From NCBI GenBank assembly GCA_964019335.1, contig OZ025740.1, positions 1 to 64,000 on the forward strand: a stretch of DNA of 64,000 nt, read 5' to 3'. The notes under the pieces were generated by a model. It saw only the letters and a list, made by a program, of their open reading frames with translations. It was not told where the DNA came from and did no database searches. This document shows, piece by piece, positions 55,139-64,000 of the stretch. Both the position numbers and the translations under genes were made by a program. The DNA comes from Diplonema japonicum (lineage: Eukaryota > Protista > Euglenozoa: Diplonemea). Positions within the stretch are counted from its first letter, which is position 1; the number at the start of each line of letters is the position of its first letter.

Positions 55139-56518
55139 TTTACTTTTTTGTTGTTCGCACGAGCAAAAAAGATTTTTAAAAAAGCTGCGAAAGTTTTTTG
55201 CTCGGCACAAGTTGCATAGAGTTATAAAATCATTTTTTGAAAGATAAATATTTGTAACAAAAAAAAAAAAGAAAGAAATGCACAGGTTAGTTTAGGCTCC
55301 TGTTTGAAAGTCTTTCCTGTCCAGCGCTTAGTCACCATTTTCCTCCTTTTCACAGCTAATTTTCTCGGATGATTTTTACTTTTTCTGGGAGGTCAGCTCA
55401 CAGGGGGGGGGGGGGGGGGGGGGGTGTTCGGGGTTCTCGAGTTGAGTCCAATAAATGGGGTTTTGGCTGCAACAACTCAAAGTGCAGGACAAACCCCCTC
55501 ATGGAGGGCCGCCCTTCTTGGGTGGGTTGGGGGGGGATCCATAATTCAAGTCCAAAATACGGTATTCTGAGTTTTATAGCTGCTTTGTGGGTTAGGTCAA
55601 CGGCTAGTAAGCGAAGGGCATGAACGCCAGGGATGTATAAGGCAATACATGATAACTTAGAAAGAAAAAAATGGAAAGAATATTTCTCCACTTGTAGCCC
55701 CTGCTGCGCTCGTGCCAAAAAAAAAAAAAAAAAAAAAATCCTGTCAACCAGTTTTTAGGAGAGGTCTATTTTTGCGGTGGCGCTAGTTGGTGCCCACCGT
55801 GGACTGGGAGGGAAAAAAAAAAAAAGAAAAGCCACTAGTGGTGTGTGTCTTTTCTCTTTCTTTTCTTTTAATGGAACCGAGCCAAGAGAAAGGTACAAAG
55901 CTTCTAAAGTTATCAAGATGATGAGTGAGATGGAAAAAAAAAAAAAAAAGAAAGAAAAAAAAAAGAGAAAAAAAAAAGGACCGTGGAAACGACCTGTCAG
56001 AAAAAGAAAAAAGAGAGTGCGAGTGGTGCTGTAATCGGTGATTTCTCGACTGGGAGCTTTTTCTTCTTTTCTTCTTTTTTTTTTTTTCACCATTTATTTC
56101 CACACCGGTTGTTCGTTGCACCAGCCCTGCGCGCTAAAAAAAAAAAAAAAAGAAGAAAAAAAAAAAAAAAAACAAAAAGATAAAAAAAAAGAGTCAGTTT
56201 TTAGCATTTGCGCACACTGTGTAAAATCCTGGGATACTTTACTGCGTACTTTGCTCTTACAAGAAACCGAGTAGTAGATCTATAAAAAGAAAAAAAAAAG
56301 AAAAAAAAAAGGAGGGGCAAGTGAAATGCTTTCAAGTTGCCATTTTCCACCAGAAAAAAAAAAAAAAAAAAAAAAAACCCACTTGAGGGCAGCCTCAGAC
56401 GGAATTTCTACCCCCTGCTTGCGTAGCTCGGTGCAAGTGCTACCGTGGCTCGCTTAGCTCTTTTGTAATGACTCTAGAGAGCCTTTTGCTCCTTTTTCCC
56501 GAGGCCAATTTAAAAAAA

Positions 56519-58143
56519 ACTCAAAGTACAGGACAAGCCCCCGCTAGAGGGCCGCCCTATGGGAGGGGGGGGGGGGGGTCTATCTGTTAATACTCCCCTT
56601 CTGGAGCATTGCTTTCATCCCGATCGTGGCTGTGAGCGTCTTGCGAAGTCGAGTGATGCGATCCCGCTTGTAGGCGGCCTTCAAATCCATCAGCTTGTCG
56701 TGCGTGGACTGGGTAGCAAAAATGGGCCTCCTGGAGAAGCCTATAGCTGCCTTTCCTCCTATGGCGATGAGGGACTTCACCCTTTTCTGTTCATCCGCTG
56801 GGAAGGGGCGTCGCTTCTTCCGTGCCCTGCACGCTGCGTTTATCTTTACGATTAGGGCCTTGATTCTGCGTGCCCTATCTTCCAGCAGGCCTCCTAATGA
56901 TTTACCGGTCGTCCATTCGAAGTCAATGGCTAGCTCCACCGCCGACACCTCCGAGGTGGTGTCCTTCTCCACCCAGCGCAGCTGTGACAACCATTGTAGC
57001 AGCGGGTTCAGGTACTGGGACAGGACCCCACCCACTCCCTCGAGCTCGCCTGCTATCGGAACGGGGCATCTCTTTCCTACTACATTTCGTTCCCACGGTA
57101 GCGGCTGTGTGTTGACGTCCTCCTTCTGCACGAGCTCCACGTCCCGCTTCTCAACCACCACGGCCAAGTATCGTTGCAGTTTTTCCAGGTATGCAAAGGC
57201 ATGTCCTCTCGGCAGTATTGCGTGTAGCTCAAGACACAGGGGCCATCCCGTCCTGTGCCAGCTCGTCCCGTGCGCAGGCACACTCGTAGAGCTGATGGCG
57301 GAGTAAGGTTACCGTGTCCGGGTGTGGTGACTCACACAGGTCACAGCTGAACCCTTGTGTGCGTGGTACTTCCGTCGTTGGGACGTGGTCTATGCTGTCC
57401 CCGTCTTCCTCGGTGCCATCTCCTTCTGGTGCCAGGGGGACGCTCCTTTGATTCGTACCTGCATGCGGGCTAAGGTAGGGGACCCCTCCGGCGATCACCC
57501 GTCTCAGGCAGTAGGACATGAGTGGGTCCATGTTGTCCGCGCTGTCGTTCATCTTCGCCCAACACCTTGTCAAGGAGCGGGTCTTCTCCCCCTCCGACGT
57601 CCTCACACCGAGGCGGCAGTCCGACTCACGAATCGCTAACCCCTGCTTTTCCGCTTCTGCCAATTCGAGCGCTTCCTTTAAAGTGGTTTCCTTCGGGAGC
57701 CAAGCGACGGGGGATCTCGGCACATCCTTCGGTCTAATGAAGATCCCTCCCCTTCCGGACGTGTTCACGAATCTGTCGAGGCTGCCTTTCGGGATCGTCA
57801 CCAGCACGTCTACCCTCGGGGTCGGACCCTCCACGATCTTGTCGATCCTGTGGATTGTCTTGCAGTTCAAGTCCCGGAGGAGCTTTCGGGGTTCGGAGGG
57901 TTATATTCTCCCACGTCTGGGCCGAGGCGTGCGCTTTCGAGAAGATAATCGCGACCCGTGCGAATCTTGCCCCCCAGGTTGATGTCCACTGTGTCACTTG
58001 ATGTGCGCATGGCAATCCTCCCGCTCACTGCCAGTAGGAACATCTTCCTGTTCGTGAACTCTCCGTCTGCCTTGAGCACAATGTCGTACTCATCCCGTCC
58101 TGTGCCGCGGCGCTTCAGGATGAGCGCTTTGTTCCCGTACATG
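56519..58143 (-). mobile_element. Internally deleted LINE: ORF1-like region fused to the CCHC/C-terminal domain, with no EN or RT
   Basis: SGRGGIFIRP..VAWLP..GLA..RLGVR, then LRRVIAGG, CDLC..HQLYEC, VSAVELAIDFE; 3' end CTCAAAGT.CAGGACAA.CCCC..GAGGGCCGCCCT recurs at ~55476-55515. Confidence 0.65.
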
Positions 58144-58146
58144 CCA

Positions 58147-58196
<50 letters not shown>

Positions 58197-58803
58197 TGTG
58201 AAAACTCGCGTTGCTTAGGTGTTCTTAACCAACAGTTTTCAGCACCATAGAGGACAGACTTAGCTAGGAAGAGTCAGTGGATATGCCTCTCGAAATTCCA
58301 CGCACTAAAGTGGGCCATAAGTGAATTGCTTCTTTTACCGACCAATCGCACTAATAATATGAATAACTCGCCCTTTTTTTCTTTTTTTCTTTTTTTGAAA
58401 TTGTAACCTTCTCAGGCGTGTTTCAAAGTGGAAGAAAAAGGGACAAGTCCAGGCATCTTTCGCTGTTTCTGAATCTTGCACAAACAAAATCCAAACAACA
58501 TAATGATATCTTTTTTTCTTCTTGTTTCTTTAAGCCTGCAAAAAAAAAAACAAAAAAAAGGAGGTTGTTGCTTCACGTCGAAGTTTCTTTTTTTTTTCTT
58601 TTTTTTCTTTTGAAGAGAGTGTAGAAAAAGAATGAAAAATACACACCACCGAGAGAAAAAGGATAGGAGGAAGAAAGAAGAGAAAAAGAAAAAGAAAAGA
58701 GTACTGACCGTTATTTGTACGTGTGGCAGCATAGAGAAGGTTATAAAATCGTGTAACAACTTTCCCCCCCCCCTTTTATTTCTTGCAAAAGAAATACAGG
58801 ACT

Positions 58804-60135
58804 TCAAGTCCTCACTCCTGCAGCCAGTGTCTTCATAAAGCTGTCCCTCATGGTATAGTGCACAGGGATGTGCCGTCCGTTGGGAATGAGATCCCTGACG
58901 GCCCCGCAGGGGCTCACAGAGCACCACGTCACGTCAAGACTGCCCCACTCCGCCTTGGTGACCTTCGGCGGGATGACAACCATCTCCGTGGGGGGAGGAA
59001 GGGTCCTGTTCAACGTCATCCTTGCGATTTCGCAGTAAACGTCCTTGTCACACCTCTGCACAAGCTTGCTGTCCCCGTTGGGGATGAGGGCCACCTTATT
59101 CCCATCGATGTAAACACACCAAGAAACCTCCATCTGCTTCCATTCAGCATCGTCGTACTCCTCCTCCTCCATAGTCGCCACAATGGGCTCGAATTCCTGC
59201 CTATAAGAGTTAAGACGCTCCCGCCAGACTGGGGGACAGCTCGCAGGAATCCCCAGGGAATTCGGTGAGAAAAGGTCTTTTGCAAAGTGGGTGGGCGAGA
59301 ACCTCCTGAAATCCTGTGGGGGGGCGTTTAACCTTGGAGACATGGCAGAAGCGTGCGTAGGTGTGCGATTCTCGCAAGGGGGAGTCTTCGTTATCAAATT
59401 GACATCGAAGACAGAAGGGTCCCGCTTAGAATTGCACAACTTGCGAATGCCACTTTTTTCATTGTCATTATTCGACGATTTTACAATTATATCGAGGAGG
59501 GCTTCCTCTTCACGCTCGACGGCGGCCTTGCACTCCAGGATGAACTTGAGCTTGTCCGAAGGACTTACGGGTGTTGTGCTGCCGTTGGGAATGAGGCTTG
59601 CCCAGTGCCCACGGGTCGGAGCAGCCCAAACCAACTTGAAGCTGTCCCACTCCTGTTCTGTGTACGGGGTCACCAGCATGATGTTCAAGGAGTTCCTTAT
59701 GTGGCCCAACGTCACAAGCCTCCCCTCCGCTGCCTCTGTCGGGGGCAGTGTGAAGGTCCCGTCGAGAAGGGCGTCGTTCAGGCACCCGTCCTCCACATCG
59801 TCAACGAGGCCTAAGAACTCGTCACAGTTCTCCTTCGTCACCGCCTGCTCCATGCCCCCAGGAACGAGCTCCATCCCTGCCATCCCGGGCTTCTCCGGAA
59901 CCATGAAATACATCCCTTCCTTGAAGGTGCCCTTTTTCATTTCCTTCACGGCCGCCTGCCACTCCTTGTACCTAGCCGTGCATGTCCTTCTCATGATGCC
60001 TTCGATAGAACGGAACAACACGTCCTCCCCGGGCCTCGCCTGCACCAGCCCATCCACAAGCTGCTCCACCATCGCAGGGACACGGTGCTCTGAAAGGTAC
60101 TTCACTGCCTTCTTTTGGGGGTGTCTGCAATCCAT
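58804..60135 (-). CDS. Protein with an N-terminal RIIa/Dpy-30-like docking motif and four HECT-subdomain-like repeats
   Basis: YLSEHRVPAMVEQLVDGLVQARP; ELVPGGMEQAVTKENCDEF, LIPNGSTTPVS, LIPNGDSKLV, DLIPNGRHIPV. Confidence 0.7.
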   Translation of the reverse strand: MDCRHPQKKAVKYLSEHRVPAMVEQLVDGLVQARPGEDVLFRSIEGIMRRTCTARYKEWQAAVKEMKKGTFKEGMYFMVPEKPGMAGMELVPGGMEQAVTKENCDEFLGLVDDVEDGCLNDALLDGTFTLPPTEAAEGRLVTLGHIRNSLNIMLVTPYTEQEWDSFKLVWAAPTRGHWASLIPNGSTTPVSPSDKLKFILECKAAVEREEEALLDIIVKSSNNDNEKSGIRKLCNSKRDPSVFDVNLITKTPPCENRTPTHASAMSPRLNAPPQDFRRFSPTHFAKDLFSPNSLGIPASCPPVWRERLNSYRQEFEPIVATMEEEEYDDAEWKQMEVSWCVYIDGNKVALIPNGDSKLVQRCDKDVYCEIARMTLNRTLPPPTEMVVIPPKVTKAEWGSLDVTWCSVSPCGAVRDLIPNGRHIPVHYTMRDSFMKTLAAGVRT

Positions 60136-60257
60136 GTTCTTTTTTTTTTTCCCGCTGCCTTTTCGTCAAAACAAAAATGTTAAATGTAATAGTAAACAAC
60201 TCAAGGTTAAGGTTAAGGTTATGCAAAGAAGCAAGGGCGTCCCTGGAAAAGGCCGCC

Positions 60258-62393
60258 TCATGCATCCAGTAGACTATCATGCAGAACGGGCTCCACTTGA
60301 ACCAGCTCCAAGGAGGTCCCGTCAGGTGCCTCGTGAGAGCCTGCGGCGCAGATGTGCAGCCCGTCCAGCGACATGCTGCTGATCTGTACCGAGGAGGCAT
60401 GGAAGCACAGCACCCCACAAGAGGCCGCCTTCGTGCAGAGAATGCTGCTCGATGCCACACCTGCTCCCACCACCGCCACGAACTTCTGCCTCTTCGCACC
60501 AACCGTTCCGTGCAGCACACTGCCCACAGATATCCCTATGTGCATTGGGATCTCTCCTCCATCCAACACCCCTTGCATCTTCACGAAAGCCAACGAGTTC
60601 TCCACGTGAGTAGTGCATGCCTTTAGTCCATTCCAGCACATCGCCACCCTGTTCCCTTGCAGAGACACAACCGTCCCATGAGTCCTCTCAGTGCACATCA
60701 GCACCTTCGACAGCTCGTAGTTCATCACACCCTCCACTGTGTCAGGTGCGTAGTTTTCCAACACAAGTTCCAATGTTCCCACAGAGGCCGAAGGGCAGCG
60801 TTGCAAGGTACTCACAGCGGAGAGTGTGCTGTTGAGCCTCAACGAACTGCCTGAACCACTGGATTCTGCTCCTGGATCCGAATGGAGCTTCTTTCCCGCA
60901 TTCCTCAGATATAACTGCTGTTCTATGTGACGCTGTCTTCCTTGCAGTTCTAAAGAAAGAAGAAGCAGCAGTGGGACTGGTTCCGTCACGCCCTTCAGTT
61001 CTATGGAGCCCATCGGAACCACGCACACATCAGAGAGGACGGGCCTTGCCTCCTCCATCACCACGGGGGTGACGGCCACAGCACCTCCGACACATGAGCT
61101 CTCGACCCGAGCCGCCTTGTTCACAGTGCCCCCGAAGTAGTCGTACCTCCCTGTCAGAGTGTTCAGCTGCACCTCCACCTCGCCATAGTGGACACCCACA
61201 CGCACACGAAGTCCATACCAGGGGCCTTCCTCTTCCCAGGAACATTGCTCCAGCGCCAGGAGGTCCTCGGGCCATACGCTGGATACGAGCCTTTCTTGCA
61301 CAGAGAGGCCGAACAGAACTGCATCAGCCGCACTCTCAAAAGCCACCATGAAGGCGTCCCCGATGGTTTTCACCTCGTAGCCCTCGTGCTCCGCCATGCA
61401 GCTCCTCACCGCAATGTCGTGGGTTTCGAGCCCCACTTTCATCCCCTCGGGGCAGGCCTCCCATGCGGCCGTCGATCCTTGGATGTCGGTGAAGACAACG
61501 GCCGCCTTGCGTGAGATCAGCCCAGGAATCGGGATCTCTTGTGTCGCCTTTCTTCTGCCTGTTTTATCAGCATCATAGAACAGGGCAGTGGGGAGGTAGG
61601 GGCGGTACACGTAAAGGTTTGAAAGGATCTTGCTGAAGGCGTCGTGGAGGGGAGGGGGGAGAGAGGCGGTTGAGATGATGCCCTCTGCCTGTGCGAGGTC
61701 GAAGCGGGACAGGGAGCTGGCGATCCGTTCCGTGGCGTCGATGACCGTCAACATCTTGGCGTGCTCATTTTGAAGGCCGTACGCAAAGCCACGTGTGAAG
61801 TAAAAGTCGAGCAGGATGACCGCAGCCTGTTCGAAATACGTTGCACAAGCTATGAAAACGTCAAGCTTGCAGGGAAGGTTCTCACAGGCGACGGACTCAC
61901 GACGCTCGCTTTGCGAAATAAGGAAAGAGTAGTCGTAGAGACCAAAACGAAACGCGTCCTCCATTGTAAGGAGAAGGAGCCACAACAGGAGGGCTGTGAT
62001 AAGAACTACCGACACGCTGTGACGCAGCTTACAAACAAGGCATATGTCAATGAGGACAACAAGGAACGGCCAGTTCTGGTGCCGGCCCATGCTTGACGCT
62101 AGGTTCCAGTCAGCCAGAAGAAAAGTCAACCCGTACAAGTAAAGCGCAGCCTCGATCATTCTGTACCGCAACCTGCGCTCCGTCAACAGCTGCAGAACCA
62201 TAGCTAACGACACCACGAGCCCAAGCACCCTGCGACTGTGTCCAAGCTTGGTGAAGTCACTTGCGGAGAGCAGCACCGCATTCCCAAATGCCACAAGCCC
62301 CGCAATACACCCCGTTATGAGAATCTTCTTGGTGAATGATGTCGAGCGGCTATCTCCCGGACGCACCAAATGCGTGTAAAGAAAACACCTCAT
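60258..62393 (-). CDS. Membrane adenylate cyclase (class III catalytic domain plus a degenerate second domain)
   Basis: VFTDIQGST, YEVKTIGDAFMVAF, RVRVGVHYG, YDYFGGTVNKAARVES. Start set at MRCFL. Confidence 0.9.
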   Translation of the reverse strand: MRCFLYTHLVRPGDSRSTSFTKKILITGCIAGLVAFGNAVLLSASDFTKLGHSRRVLGLVVSLAMVLQLLTERRLRYRMIEAALYLYGLTFLLADWNLASSMGRHQNWPFLVVLIDICLVCKLRHSVSVVLITALLLWLLLLTMEDAFRFGLYDYSFLISQSERRESVACENLPCKLDVFIACATYFEQAAVILLDFYFTRGFAYGLQNEHAKMLTVIDATERIASSLSRFDLAQAEGIISTASLPPPLHDAFSKILSNLYVYRPYLPTALFYDADKTGRRKATQEIPIPGLISRKAAVVFTDIQGSTAAWEACPEGMKVGLETHDIAVRSCMAEHEGYEVKTIGDAFMVAFESAADAVLFGLSVQERLVSSVWPEDLLALEQCSWEEEGPWYGLRVRVGVHYGEVEVQLNTLTGRYDYFGGTVNKAARVESSCVGGAVAVTPVVMEEARPVLSDVCVVPMGSIELKGVTEPVPLLLLLSLELQGRQRHIEQQLYLRNAGKKLHSDPGAESSGSGSSLRLNSTLSAVSTLQRCPSASVGTLELVLENYAPDTVEGVMNYELSKVLMCTERTHGTVVSLQGNRVAMCWNGLKACTTHVENSLAFVKMQGVLDGGEIPMHIGISVGSVLHGTVGAKRQKFVAVVGAGVASSSILCTKAASCGVLCFHASSVQISSMSLDGLHICAAGSHEAPDGTSLELVQVEPVLHDSLLDA

Positions 62394-62508
62394 AGGTTCT
62401 CTTCTTTTTTTTTTATTTTTGTCTCCCCTACTCATGACTACAAGACAGAGGAAAAGAATAAGATATTGAAAACATGGTGACGAGACTGACAAGTCCATCT
62501 AATGTATT

Positions 62509-64000
62509 CTAAAAGAGTTGTGAAGTGCTTGTCGATGACTCGTCCATGTATCCCATGCCAGGGATGTACAGGGTGCAGGAGGTGGTGGGTGAAGATGGAG
62601 GGCAGAAATAACTAACTTGGCTCTTTCTCTCTTTTCCCCTCGTGGACTTGCGTTTCCTCGAGCGTATAAAACTACTCGGAACCCAAGGAACCGTTGGTGA
62701 CTCAGGTTCTGCAATATCTATAGATGGCGGTGTCATCGGCGGTGCCGATTGATTGACAGCATTCTTTCTTGGGGACATAATTTGGTGCTGCCAACACTCC
62801 TCTGTTGTAAAGACCCACCGCCAGGTCTCGTTTAGATACAGCCCGTACTGCTTCAGGGGACGCTTCTTGCTTTTCTTCTTCTTGACTCCCAACTCCTTTT
62901 CCATGGTTAAAACAGGTATGCTGAATGAATCGTCTTGAGCAGCACTACTCACAGGGGAAGAACACTGGCTCTCACCTAAGGAGGGGCTCGCACGGGTCAT
63001 AGCCCCTATTCTACGCATTCCTTTATCCTGAACTTGAACCGGCAGAAGTGCTTTATTACTCTCACGCATCTCTCGCTGTTTTAAAATATTCGCAGGGATA
63101 GTTTGAGTTTCAACCTCAGTTTGGAGGAACTCCAGGAGCGCTTGTCGAACGGACTTCACCGCAGGGGATCTTACTTGCATCTTCCGGACAGGGCTCAATA
63201 CGCACGGAATGGGTTCGTCGTTGGGTTTGTTCTCAAGTATGCTAGGCACCGGCTTCAAGCACTTTTTCTGCAGTGTCCTCCACCTCGAGTTGTAATGAGC
63301 CTCTTTTCCCTTTTCGATGTCTGACGCTTTTGCAACTGACTGTGAACTGGGGGGTTGTGGCTGATGAACAGGGACCTGTTCGACCTCAGCTCTGTTGGAA
63401 ACAAGCTTCTTGCCAAAGTCTGGGAGGTCGCTTGTCGGGTAAAGGAGGATCTCGCCCTCTTTCGGCGGGGTGTACAGCGCGCAGTCGATCCACTTGAGGA
63501 CCTTGTTGTGGACACCATGCTGGCGGAGGATGGGCACGATGTGCATGCGCTCCACCTCCCACACGTCACAGTAGTCAATGGCGACAACATTGTTGAGCCA
63601 CTTGTGCTTTGCAAGGCAGGTCTCCCCGACCACCAGGTTCCGAGGGCAGGCCACGTGTCTCCCTGAAACCCGGTAAGCAGTAGCCCCTCCAGTCACCATG
63701 ACAAGACGGTCGCATGCCTCAGCAACAGAAATGACTGTTTCGTTTGGGGACGCCACCTTCAGCCGGAGGCACCGGAAGATCTCCGCGCAGCAAGACCGCG
63801 ACAGCAACGGTGCCCAGCGTAGGTTCTGCATCCACACCTCGAAGTGCGAGTTCATCCGCTTTCCCTCGTGCTCCTTGCGCAGAACCAACCCGGCCTTCAT
63901 GATCTCCTTTGCAGAAGCTTCTCGCTCGTCTTGCATGAAGGTGTCGAACACCGTGGACTTGATGGTGAAGACCTCGCAATTCTCCACCACACGCACCGTG
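62509..64000 (-). CDS. C-terminal part of a cyclic-nucleotide-binding-domain protein (5' end outside the window)
   Basis: RVVENCEVFTI; PNETVISVAEACDRLVMVTGG..VVGE..VVAIDYCDVWEVER follows the cNMP pattern. Confidence 0.7.
   Translation of the reverse strand, partial: TVRVVENCEVFTIKSTVFDTFMQDEREASAKEIMKAGLVLRKEHEGKRMNSHFEVWMQNLRWAPLLSRSCCAEIFRCLRLKVASPNETVISVAEACDRLVMVTGGATAYRVSGRHVACPRNLVVGETCLAKHKWLNNVVAIDYCDVWEVERMHIVPILRQHGVHNKVLKWIDCALYTPPKEGEILLYPTSDLPDFGKKLVSNRAEVEQVPVHQPQPPSSQSVAKASDIEKGKEAHYNSRWRTLQKKCLKPVPSILENKPNDEPIPCVLSPVRKMQVRSPAVKSVRQALLEFLQTEVETQTIPANILKQREMRESNKALLPVQVQDKGMRRIGAMTRASPSLGESQCSSPVSSAAQDDSFSIPVLTMEKELGVKKKKSKKRPLKQYGLYLNETWRWVFTTEECWQHQIMSPRKNAVNQSAPPMTPPSIDIAEPESPTVPWVPSSFIRSRKRKSTRGKERKSQVSYFCPPSSPTTSCTLYIPGMGYMDESSTSTSQLF

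Larger units (their letters stand above)
52041..55263 (-). mobile_element. TATE/VIPER-like tyrosine-recombinase retrotransposon with split direct repeats A1-ORFs-B1-A2-B2; internally deleted
   Basis: A (117 bp, 1 mismatch) at 55147-55263 and 52068-52184; B (39 bp) at 52180-52218 and 52041-52079; ORF order gag-like, YR, RT remnant, RNase H. Confidence 0.9.

Noticed and set aside
47750-56580. Long G/C homopolymer runs as G-quadruplex elements
   Set aside because: Homopolymers of all kinds are pervasive here and run lengths may be assembly-dependent; no specific support.

Overview
This is eukaryotic nuclear DNA, most likely from a diplonemid (Euglenozoa). Two genomic copies of a diplonemid-type 39-nt spliced leader (SL) are present, the genes appear intronless and all lie on the minus strand, and the spacers are rich in A/T tracts. 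The first 16.8 kb holds two divergent, head-to-tail CRE/SLACS-like non-LTR retrotransposons. Each begins with the SL sequence and encodes one large polyprotein: AlkB-type 2OG-Fe(II) dioxygenase, C2H2 zinc finger, OTU protease, zinc finger, reverse transcriptase (RT), restriction-like endonuclease (RLE) and a long C-terminal extension. This SL-headed AlkB+OTU retrotransposon is the most striking system in the window. Host genes in the remainder include an F-box/WD40 protein, a coiled-coil/EF-hand-like protein, three mosaic paralogous multipass membrane proteins, a UBL-LRR protein, an ABCG transporter, a membrane adenylate-cyclase(-like) family, a protein with four HECT-subdomain-like repeats and a cNMP-binding protein. 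Transposon derivatives include an internally deleted TATE/VIPER-like tyrosine-recombinase element with split direct repeats, deleted LINEs (one with a 2A-like motif), a Helentron/MITE-like hairpin element and short dispersed repeats. All domain calls come from reading motifs by eye; no database search was run.
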